Assembly (NCBI GenBank): GCA_033763905.1
Contig: JANRJP010000068.1
Location: 1-44,860, forward strand
Direction of reading: 5' to 3'
Origin: Gemmatimonadaceae bacterium
GTDB lineage: Bacteria; Gemmatimonadota; Gemmatimonadetes; Gemmatimonadales; Gemmatimonadaceae
DNA length: 44,860 bases
Of this stretch, positions 27,673 to 35,697 are shown piece after piece. Made by a program: the position numbers and the translations under genes. The notes below the pieces were generated by a model. It was not told where the DNA came from, searched no databases, and saw only the letters and a list, made by a program, of their open reading frames with translations. Positions within the stretch are counted from its first letter, which is position 1. Every line of letters begins with the position of its first letter.

Positions 27673-28782
27673 TCAGTGTCCTCCTCGGCGCACGACCTGC
27701 TGAAGGTGCGCCTCCGTGTGATCGGCCACCCGCTCCCACGAGAGTCCCTCGGCAAACCGGCGGCCCCGCTCGCCGAGGGTGGTGACGATCGTGGCATCGC
27801 TCAGCACGCGTTCGAACACGCGGGCCAGCGCGACCACGTCGCCGTGCGGGACAAGAAACCCGGTTTCGCCATTCCGGACGGATTCGCGCAAACCGGGAGA
27901 ATCAGAAGCCACCGCCGGGGTCCCGCACGCGGCCGCTTCCACGTTCGTGATGCCCCACCCTTCCTTGGGCGAAGTCAGCGCCACGGCCCACGCCTGACGC
28001 AGCAACGTCCGCTTCTCCTCCTCGCTGATGAATCCAAGAAACCGAACCCTGCTGCCCAGCGCAAGCGATGCCGCGAGGGCTTCGAGGGAACCGCGATGAT
28101 CCCCCGTCCCTGCGATATGCAACACTGCGCCCGGAATCGCCAGCGTTGCGAATGCGCGGAGAATGTGTTCGACCTCTTTGTACTTCTTGAGACGCCCGAC
28201 ATACACGAGTAACGGCGTCGGAGATCTCGCGCCGGCATCAGGGCTAAAGAACGTGGTGTCAATGCCTTGCACGATGACTTCGACCTGATCGGCCGAAATT
28301 CCCCGCCGGACCAGATCGGCTTTCGTGCTTTCGCTGACCGACTGGAACGGCACGTCCCGGTAGATCGTCGGGATCGTGTCCTCGGCGACGTTGGTCAGCC
28401 ACGCAATCGGCCACGGCGCTTCGCGATATGCCGTGGTCCCGAACAGGTGGTGCACCAGACACACCGTGGGCGTCGCGGACCAGCGCGGTACCCAGAGCGG
28501 AATCTTGTTGAGATCCTCGACGATCACGTCGAAGCCGCGCGACGCGAGCTCGCGACGGAAGTACCCGCGCGCGAGCAACGTGAAGGAGAAGCGCCGACCG
28601 ACCCGGTGCACCTCGATCCCATCCAACGTCACGCGTGGGGCAGCGCCGTCATATCCGCTGCAGAGCAGCACGACTTCGTGCCCGCGGGCCGCGAGGCGAC
28701 CGAACAGCTGATGCAGGTGCACCTCCGCGCCACCCGCCTGCGGGTTGGTGCGATCCTGCCAGTTCACGACGAGAATGCGCAT
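27673..28782 (-). CDS. Glycosyltransferase family 4
   Basis: MRILVVNWQD..NPQAGGAE, YVGRLKKYK, EGWGITNVEAAACGTP, GLRESV..GETG. Confidence 0.93.
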   Translation of the reverse strand: MRILVVNWQDRTNPQAGGAEVHLHQLFGRLAARGHEVVLLCSGYDGAAPRVTLDGIEVHRVGRRFSFTLLARGYFRRELASRGFDVIVEDLNKIPLWVPRWSATPTVCLVHHLFGTTAYREAPWPIAWLTNVAEDTIPTIYRDVPFQSVSESTKADLVRRGISADQVEVIVQGIDTTFFSPDAGARSPTPLLVYVGRLKKYKEVEHILRAFATLAIPGAVLHIAGTGDHRGSLEALAASLALGSRVRFLGFISEEEKRTLLRQAWAVALTSPKEGWGITNVEAAACGTPAVASDSPGLRESVRNGETGFLVPHGDVVALARVFERVLSDATIVTTLGERGRRFAEGLSWERVADHTEAHLQQVVRRGGH

Positions 28783-28801
28783 CAGCGCCGCCGCGTCGCG
28801 G

Positions 28802-29218
28802 TCAGAGTCGGCCGGCGGCGCGCGCGAAGGCGTCGAGCACGCCGTTGACGAACTTCGCGCTGGCTTCGCTCCCGAATCGCTCGGCGAGCCGCACCGCCTC
28901 CTGCAGCACGACGCGCGGCGGCGTCTCGGCGTGCGCCAGCTCCGAGGCGGCGAGCCGCAGCACGCTGCGCTCGACGGCGCCCAGACGCTCGAGTCGCCAG
29001 TTCGCCGTGATCTCGCGCAGCGTCAGATCGAGTGCCGCCTGGTGCGCGGCGAGACGCTTGATGTGCTGCGCCGCCAGCGAGCGCTCCACCGGCGGCACGG
29101 CGAGGTCGTCCCACACCTGCGCCGCCGTGCGCTCGAGCGGTGCCTCGGCGCCGCGCACGTCCCACGCGTAGATCGCCTGCAGCGCCCGCGCGCGGGCGCG
29201 ACGCTCAGTCCTGCGCAT
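28802..29218 (-). CDS. nusB: Transcription antitermination factor NusB
   Basis: RRARARALQAIY, NWRLERL..VERSVLRLA, EAVRLAERFG...SAKFVNGVLD; follows ribH. Confidence 0.95.
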   Translation of the reverse strand: MRRTERRARARALQAIYAWDVRGAEAPLERTAAQVWDDLAVPPVERSLAAQHIKRLAAHQAALDLTLREITANWRLERLGAVERSVLRLAASELAHAETPPRVVLQEAVRLAERFGSEASAKFVNGVLDAFARAAGRL

Positions 29219-29690
29219 CGTCGCCACTGTCGAGCTGTGCAAAGAGATCGGCCATCTCCAGTGCGGCCATCGCGGCGTCCCAGCCCTTGTTGCCGTGCGC
29301 GCCACCGGCGCGCGCCGTGGCCTGGTCCATCGTATCGGTCGTGAGCAGACCGAAGCCGACGGGCACCTCGAACTCCTGCTGCACCTGCGCGAGGCCGCGC
29401 GAGGCTTCGCCCGCGACGTAGTCGAAGTGCGGCGTGTCGCCGCGCACCACCGCGCCGACAGCCACGATCGCGTCGTAGCGCCCGCTGGCCGCCAACTTGT
29501 GCGCCGCCGCCGGCAGCTCCCACGCGCCGGGGACCCAGGCGACGTCGACGTCGTCCACCGCCACGCCGTGCCGCACCAGCGCATCGAGCGCGCCGTCCAC
29601 CAGCGGCCGAGTGACCTGCTCGTTGAACCGGCTCGCCACCACCGCGACGCGACGTCCGTCCCCCGCAGGGGCGCCTTCGAATTCCGCCAT
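29205..29690 (-). CDS. ribH: 6,7-dimethyl-8-ribityllumazine synthase
   Basis: VASRFNE, VPGAWELP, RGDTPHFDYV, GNKG. Confidence 0.97.
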   Translation of the reverse strand: MAEFEGAPAGDGRRVAVVASRFNEQVTRPLVDGALDALVRHGVAVDDVDVAWVPGAWELPAAAHKLAASGRYDAIVAVGAVVRGDTPHFDYVAGEASRGLAQVQQEFEVPVGFGLLTTDTMDQATARAGGAHGNKGWDAAMAALEMADLFAQLDSGDDAQD

Positions 29691-29702
29691 CGAATTGCCT
29701 GC

Positions 29703-30905
29703 TTACAAAGCCTTGAGGTGACCGAGCTTCTCGCGCTTCACGCGCAGGTAGTCGGCGTTTTCCGCCGTCTCCGGCGCCTGGATGCGTTCGGTCCCGGTGA
29801 TGCGCAGGCCGTAGCCTTCGACGCCGACGACCTTCTTCGGATTGTTCGTCATCACGCGGATGCTCGTGACGCCCAGATCAAGCAGAATCTGCGCGCCGAT
29901 TCCGAAGTTGCGCAGATCCGCCTGGAAGCCGAGGGCTTCGTTCGCCTCGACCGTGTCCTTGCCCTCGTCCTGCAAGCCGTAGGCACGGAGCTTGTTGAGC
30001 AGCCCGATGCCGCGCCCTTCCTGATCGAGGTACACGATGACGCCGCGCCCGCGCTCGACGACGCGACGCATCGCGTCGTGCAACTGCCAGCGACAGTCGC
30101 AGCGCAGCGAATGGAAGGTGTCGCCGGTCAGACACTTCGAGTGCATCCGCACGAGCACGTCTTCGCCATCCCCGATGTCGCCGTAGACGAGCGCCACGTG
30201 CTCGGCGTCATCGACGTCGTTCTCGAATCCGACGATGCGGAACTCCCCGAACTCACTGGGCAGGCGGGCGTCGGCCACGCGGCGCACCAACCGCTCGGTG
30301 CGCAGGCGCCACGCCACCAACTGCGCGACGGTGATGAACGTGAGGCCGTGCTCCCGGGCGAAGACCTCGAGCTGCGGCCGCTTGGCAGTGGTGCCGTCGT
30401 CGTTCAGGATTTCGCAGATCACGCCGGCCGGCGTGAGGCCCGCGAGCCGCGCGAGGTCGACGGCGGCTTCGGTATGTCCGGTCCGCTGCAGCACGCCGCC
30501 CTCGCGCGCCCGCAACGGATGCACGTGGCCGGGGCGCCGCAAATCCACCGGCGAGCTCGCCGGATCGACGGCGACGCGAATCGTGCGTGCCTGATCGGCG
30601 GCCGAAATGCCGGTCGTCACGCCGTGATGCGGCGCGGCATCGATCGTGATCGTGTACGCGGTGCGGAAGGCGTCGGAATGCCCGCGCCCCATCAGCGGCA
30701 GATCCATCCGATCGGCGATCTCGTTGGTGAGCGCGAGGCAGATCATCCCCTTCGCGCGCATCATGAAGTTCACCATTTCCGGCGTGATCTTCTCGGCGGC
30801 GCAGACGAGATCGCCTTCGTTCTCGCGGTCTTCATCATCCGCGACGACGACGAACTTGCCCGCCCGCAGGTCGTCGATCGCCTGCTCAATGGTACCGAAT
30901 GCCAT
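29703..30905 (-). CDS. ribBA: Bifunctional 3,4-dihydroxy-2-butanone-4-phosphate synthase / GTP cyclohydrolase II
   Basis: DDEDRENEGD, RTGHTEAAVD, VICE; RMHSKCLTGD...RCDC, QEGRGIG, TNNPKK; start ATG 30905. Confidence 0.97.
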   Translation of the reverse strand: MAFGTIEQAIDDLRAGKFVVVADDEDRENEGDLVCAAEKITPEMVNFMMRAKGMICLALTNEIADRMDLPLMGRGHSDAFRTAYTITIDAAPHHGVTTGISAADQARTIRVAVDPASSPVDLRRPGHVHPLRAREGGVLQRTGHTEAAVDLARLAGLTPAGVICEILNDDGTTAKRPQLEVFAREHGLTFITVAQLVAWRLRTERLVRRVADARLPSEFGEFRIVGFENDVDDAEHVALVYGDIGDGEDVLVRMHSKCLTGDTFHSLRCDCRWQLHDAMRRVVERGRGVIVYLDQEGRGIGLLNKLRAYGLQDEGKDTVEANEALGFQADLRNFGIGAQILLDLGVTSIRVMTNNPKKVVGVEGYGLRITGTERIQAPETAENADYLRVKREKLGHLKAL

Positions 30906-30912
30906 ACCCAAC

Positions 30913-31518
30913 TCAGGAAGCGGCGGCTGCGGCGTAGGGCGCCGCCAGCCGCTGGATGTACTTGCCGATGACATCCGCCTCGACGTGCAGGCGGCTGCCG
31001 GGAACGAGCCCACCAAGCGTGGTGTGACGCCGGGTGTACTCGATGATCGAAACCTGCAGGACGTCCGCGGACGGCAGCGCGTTCACCGTCAGCGACACGC
31101 CATCGAGCGTGACCGAGCCGTGCGGCACCATCAGCGGCCAGAGCCCGGCGGGAAGTCGCACGTCCAGCAACCAGGCGTCGCCGTGCATCCGTTCCGCCAC
31201 GCACTCGGCCACGCCGTCCACGTGGCCCTGCACCAGATGGCCACCCAGCCGCTCGCCGAAGGCCAGCGCCCGCTCGAGGTTCACGCGTTGCCCCACCCCC
31301 CAGGTGCCGATCGTCGTCCGCTCGAGCGTGGTGGTGATCGCCCCCACCGTGAACCAGCCCGGCCCGAACGCACGCACGGTGAGGCAGACACCGTTGAGCG
31401 CGATGCTCTCGCCCTCGGTGACGCCCTCGTACGGCGCCTCGACACGCAAGATGCGCCCGGCCTCGTCATCGGAGACGTGCGTGATGCGACCGATCGCAGT
31501 GACGAGTCCAGTGAACAT
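30913..31518 (-). CDS. ribE: Riboflavin synthase (alpha chain)
   Basis: MFTGL, SIALNGVCLTV, NLERA, GGHLVQGHVDG, DGVSLTV. Confidence 0.97.
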   Translation of the reverse strand: MFTGLVTAIGRITHVSDDEAGRILRVEAPYEGVTEGESIALNGVCLTVRAFGPGWFTVGAITTTLERTTIGTWGVGQRVNLERALAFGERLGGHLVQGHVDGVAECVAERMHGDAWLLDVRLPAGLWPLMVPHGSVTLDGVSLTVNALPSADVLQVSIIEYTRRHTTLGGLVPGSRLHVEADVIGKYIQRLAAPYAAAAAS

Positions 31519-32610
31519 TCAGCGGGGCGCGGGGGCGTACACGGTAAGAACGTCAGCGCCCACTCTGCGGTTCACGCACGGGCGCCACCCCGCCGGCAAG
31601 GTGGACCCGAGACGGCCGAATGCCGGCACCGCCCCAGCCCCAAGTCGGACAGAGCTTTGAAAGATAGCGACCCGGTCCACGAAACCGCCGGTCAGGAGCG
31701 CCTCCGCGATGCCGGACCCGCCTTCGACCAAGAGGTGCCGAACACCCCGCCCGCGGAGCGTCGCCAGCGCGGCGCCCAGGTCGTCACACCGCAGGACCGC
31801 GACCCCAACCCCTTCCAGCGCCGCCACGGTCGTGTCGGCGGCGGCTGGCGATGCCACGACCCACACCGGGACGTCGCGCGCCGAGGCCGCGAGCGCGCTG
31901 CCCAGCGGTAGCCGTCCCCGGCGGTCGAACACCACCCGCACCGGCGGCACCCGCGGCGGCGCCACCTCGCGCACGGTCAGCGCGGGGTTGTCGGCGAGTG
32001 CAGTGCCAATCCCCACGGCGATCGCATCGGCGTGTGCCCGCATCCGGTGGACCTCACGACGCGCGAGCGGCCCGGTGAGCCACTGCGCCGTGCGGGAGGC
32101 AGGCGCGATCGCGCCCTCGACCGACACCGCCAGCTTGAGGGTCACGAAGGGCCGAGTCGCGCCACGCGCCGCGAAGAGGAACGGCGCGTTGAGCCACGTC
32201 GCCGCGTCGGCTTCGACGCCGACGTCAACCGGTACGCCCGCATCCCGCAGCGCGGCCGCGCCCCCCGCTGCCACCGGATTGGGATCGGGAATCGCCACGA
32301 CGACGCGAGCCACGCCGGCACGGATCAGCGCGTCGGCGCAGGGGGGCGTCTTGCCGTAGTGCGCGCAGGGTTCGAGCGTCACGTACGCGGTGGCGCCGCG
32401 GGCCCGATCGCCAGCCGCCGCCAGCGCCATCGCCTCGGCGTGCGGCCCGCCGTACTCGGCGTGCCACCCGGCGCCAACCACCCGCCCCTCACGAACGAGC
32501 ACGGCGCCGACCAGAGGGTTCGGCGCCGTGCGTCCCCAACCACGTCGCGCCAGGGCGAGTGCCCGCCGCATCCACCGGCGGTCTTCCCGCGCCTGACGCA
32601 CGTCCGTCAT
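31519..32610 (-). CDS. ribD: Bifunctional pyrimidine deaminase/reductase RibD
   Basis: TAPNPLVGAV, GPHAE, TLEPCAHYGKTPPC, GTALADNPALT, LVEGG. Confidence 0.97.
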   Translation of the reverse strand: MTDVRQAREDRRWMRRALALARRGWGRTAPNPLVGAVLVREGRVVGAGWHAEYGGPHAEAMALAAAGDRARGATAYVTLEPCAHYGKTPPCADALIRAGVARVVVAIPDPNPVAAGGAAALRDAGVPVDVGVEADAATWLNAPFLFAARGATRPFVTLKLAVSVEGAIAPASRTAQWLTGPLARREVHRMRAHADAIAVGIGTALADNPALTVREVAPPRVPPVRVVFDRRGRLPLGSALAASARDVPVWVVASPAAADTTVAALEGVGVAVLRCDDLGAALATLRGRGVRHLLVEGGSGIAEALLTGGFVDRVAIFQSSVRLGAGAVPAFGRLGSTLPAGWRPCVNRRVGADVLTVYAPAPR

Positions 32611-32614
32611 CGCA

Positions 32615-33697
32615 TCAGAGGCCGATACGCGCCGTCAGCGTCGCGTAGCGCCGCGTGGCATTCGGCAGCACCGCCTCGGACCCGTCGCGGAACTCGTTCC
32701 GAAGCACCGGGTTGTCGCCACCGCGGACCAGACCGACTTCACCGACCAGCCGCACGATCAGGATCTTGAGCGACGCCGCGACGAAGAAGTTGCGACGCGT
32801 CATCTCGGCGGCGCTGGAGTAGTTCGCGCGCACCGGTGCCGTCGGCAGCGGGGCCAAGGGCGACACCTTCACCGCCAGCGTCGTCTCGCCTTCCACCTTG
32901 TCGATACCGGCACCGCCCGAGAGCCCGAGCCCGATGATCGGAATCGTCTTCGACAGCGTGACGCGCACCGACGTCGTCGTGAACTTCGTGTTGCGGATGC
33001 CGAGCGTATCACCGCCGCGAATCGCGTTGATCGCGACTTCCGGCGTCGGACGGATCATCGCCGACACCGAGAGCCCCGGCGCCAGCAACGACTCTTCGAA
33101 CACGCCGAGCCGCGCGCCGTAGCCGATCGCCACCTGCCCGCCTTCGACCTTGATGCCGTTACCGCCGGCCAGCGCTTCCGCGCTCGGCACGAACGACGCG
33201 CTCACCAGCGCATCGATGCCGCCAATGTTGGTGATGCCGAGGAACGGAATCGGCAGCCCGAGCTTGAAGCCCTTGAAGATGCCGATCTGCGCATCGGCCT
33301 GCGGCATCGGGATGAACACGTTGTCGACGGGAATCAGCGACGCCTGCGCCCCAGTGAACCCGAGTCCGGGATTCGCCTGATCGATACGCGGCAGCGCGCC
33401 CTGCACCACGTTCAGGCGCAGGCCGACGTTGAAATGCGGGAAGCCGCCGAGCGTACCGCCGATCGACGGCGACGGATTGCCACCGGCGAGGACGGCGCCG
33501 ATCTGCGGCGTCATCAGCTGGAAGACGTCATTGGCCTTGTTGCAGGCGTCGCTCAGCAACCGGTTCGGATCGGTCGCCGACGCCGTCGCCGGAACGATCG
33601 GGCACTGCGCCGCCGCCGTCCGGCTCGTCACCGGCACCACCGCGGCCGCCACCAGGACGGTGGCCAGGGTCCGCTTCACTCCACGCACGACACGCAT
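32615..33697 (-). CDS. Hypothetical exported protein, probable outer-membrane beta-barrel
   Basis: SD GGAG then ATG at 33697; signal peptide ending AAA-Q; many alternating amphipathic strands; terminal strand YATLTARIGL. Confidence 0.7.
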   Translation of the reverse strand: MRVVRGVKRTLATVLVAAAVVPVTSRTAAAQCPIVPATASATDPNRLLSDACNKANDVFQLMTPQIGAVLAGGNPSPSIGGTLGGFPHFNVGLRLNVVQGALPRIDQANPGLGFTGAQASLIPVDNVFIPMPQADAQIGIFKGFKLGLPIPFLGITNIGGIDALVSASFVPSAEALAGGNGIKVEGGQVAIGYGARLGVFEESLLAPGLSVSAMIRPTPEVAINAIRGGDTLGIRNTKFTTTSVRVTLSKTIPIIGLGLSGGAGIDKVEGETTLAVKVSPLAPLPTAPVRANYSSAAEMTRRNFFVAASLKILIVRLVGEVGLVRGGDNPVLRNEFRDGSEAVLPNATRRYATLTARIGL

Positions 33698-33716
33698 CAG
33701 AACTCCGGATTGAGGA

Positions 33717-34745
33717 TTAACGGAGGTGCACGGCACCAGTGCCGCGCACGATCCGGCCGCACGTCCACGCGGCGACGCCAGCCGATTCCGCCGAGGCAAT
33801 GACAGCCGCAGCGGACTCCGGGGCGCACAGGACGATCATCCCGACGCCCATATTGAACGCCCGAAACATTTCATCGCGGGCCACGCCGCCGCCGTGCGCT
33901 AGCGCACTAAACAGGTTGGGAATTTCCCAGGTGGCAGTGTCAATTTCCGCGTCAGTCGTCGGCGGAAGGGCCCGGTTGAGGTTCCCGGGGATTCCGCCAC
34001 CCGTGATGTGGGCCATCGCGTGGATGGCCCCCTTCACCGGCCGCAGGGCCGGCAGATACGAGCGATGAATGCGGAGCAACGCGTCGGCGACGGTCGCGCC
34101 GCCTTCGCCGGGGAAGGGGTCGTTGAGGCCCAGCCCCATCTTCTCGAACACGATCTTCCGGGCCAACGAATAGCCATTCGTGTGCAGCCCGCTCGAGGCC
34201 AGCGCCACGCACACGTCGCCTTCGCGCACCCGCTCGGCGCCGAGCACGTCGGCCTCTTCGACCCAACCGACGATGAAGCCGGCCAGGTCGTAGTCAGGCG
34301 GCGTATACAGCCCAGGCATCTCGGCGGTCTCGCCGCCAAGGAGCGAGGCACCGTTCTCGCGGCACCCCGCCGCGACGCCCGCGACCACGCCTTCGACCGC
34401 CACCGGATCCAACGCCCCGAAGGCGACGTAGTCGAGGAAGAACAGCGGCTCGGCGCCCTGCACCAGAATGTCGTTGACGCAGTGATTGACGAGGCAGTGC
34501 CCGACCGTGTCGTGGCGACCGGCGTCGATCGCGACCTTGAGCTTGGTGCCCACGCCGTCGGCACTTGCCACGAGCAGCGGGGCCTTGGCGCCCGCGGGCA
34601 CCCGGAACATCCCGCCGAAGCCGCCGAAGGCCCCGCGGGCGCCGGCCGTGAACGTGCTCTCGACGTGCCGCTTGATCCGCCCCTTGGCGTCGTCGGCCGC
34701 CTCGAGGTTGACGCCAGCGCTGCGGTAGTCGAGCGGTCCGCTCAT
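33717..34745 (-). CDS. purM: Phosphoribosylformylglycinamidine cyclo-ligase (AIR synthase)
   Basis: YRSAGV, GGFGG, DGVGTK, VNDILVQGAEPLFFLDY, GGETAEMPG, SSGLHTNG, HITGGG, FNMGVG. Confidence 0.98.
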   Translation of the reverse strand: MSGPLDYRSAGVNLEAADDAKGRIKRHVESTFTAGARGAFGGFGGMFRVPAGAKAPLLVASADGVGTKLKVAIDAGRHDTVGHCLVNHCVNDILVQGAEPLFFLDYVAFGALDPVAVEGVVAGVAAGCRENGASLLGGETAEMPGLYTPPDYDLAGFIVGWVEEADVLGAERVREGDVCVALASSGLHTNGYSLARKIVFEKMGLGLNDPFPGEGGATVADALLRIHRSYLPALRPVKGAIHAMAHITGGGIPGNLNRALPPTTDAEIDTATWEIPNLFSALAHGGGVARDEMFRAFNMGVGMIVLCAPESAAAVIASAESAGVAAWTCGRIVRGTGAVHLR

Positions 34746-35659
34746 CGCGGCAGCTCGGCGTCGAACGACACCAGCTGGTGGAACTCCTGCACCCGCTGGG
34801 CAATGTCGGCGTTGCCGATTTCCATCAAGCGATCCGTCGAGAAGCGCTCCACCGCGAACGACCCCATCGCACTGCCGTACACCACGGCGCGCCGACGGTT
34901 CGCTTCCGACAGGTCGCCGGTGCGCGCGAGCCAGCCAATGAAGCCGCCAGCGAACGAGTCGCCGGCCCCGGTCGGGTCGAAGACATCCTCGAGCGGATAG
35001 GCCGGCGCGTAGAACACCGACGTGCCGTGGAACATAAAGGCCCCGTGCTCGCCCTTCTTGATCAGCACGTACTTGGGGCCCTTGTCCATAATCCAGCGGG
35101 CGGCCTTGATCAGGTTGCTGTGCTCGGTGAGCTGCCGCGCTTCGCCGTCGTTCAGCGTGATCAGGTCGACGTGGCCGAGCAGCTTGAGGAGGTCCGGACG
35201 ACGGGACTCGATCCAGAAGTTCATCGTGTCCATCGCGACGAGCTTCGGCTTCTCGACCTGCTCGAGCACCTGCAGCTGCAACCGCGGATCGATGTTCGCC
35301 AGAAACACGAACGGCGTCTTCTTGAACGCGTCGGGAATCTTCGGCCGGAAGTGCGAAAACACGCCCAGGCGCGTCTCGAGCGTCTCGGCGCTGTTCAGGT
35401 CGTGCCGGTACCGGCCGCGCCAGCGGAACGACTCGCCCTCGGCCTGTTCGAGGCCGGCCAAGTCCACGCCGCGCGCCGCGAGGGGCTGCAGCCGCTCGAC
35501 CGGGTAGTCGCTGCCAACCACGCCGACGAGCTGCACCTGCGTGAAATGACTCGCGGAGGCCGAGAAGAAGGTGCCCGACCCACCGAGCACATTGTCGGCC
35601 TTGCCGAACGGTGTTTCGACGGAGTCGAGCGCGACGGATCCTACGACGAGTACGGACAT
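34742..35659 (-). CDS. PfkB/ribokinase-family kinase
   Basis: VGSVALD...LGGSG, DTMNFW, IKKGEHGA, DPTGAGDSFAGG; start ATG 35659; stop overlaps the purM start. Confidence 0.92.
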   Translation of the reverse strand: MSVLVVGSVALDSVETPFGKADNVLGGSGTFFSASASHFTQVQLVGVVGSDYPVERLQPLAARGVDLAGLEQAEGESFRWRGRYRHDLNSAETLETRLGVFSHFRPKIPDAFKKTPFVFLANIDPRLQLQVLEQVEKPKLVAMDTMNFWIESRRPDLLKLLGHVDLITLNDGEARQLTEHSNLIKAARWIMDKGPKYVLIKKGEHGAFMFHGTSVFYAPAYPLEDVFDPTGAGDSFAGGFIGWLARTGDLSEANRRRAVVYGSAMGSFAVERFSTDRLMEIGNADIAQRVQEFHQLVSFDAELPR

Positions 35660-35697
35660 CTGGGCACGATGCGGAAGAGGGAGAAGCAGAACGCGGG

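Noticed and set aside
30125..30150. HSKC instead of the common HSEC in GTP cyclohydrolase II
   Set aside because: All three zinc cysteines and the other motifs are intact and this position varies among homologues; no evidence of changed function.
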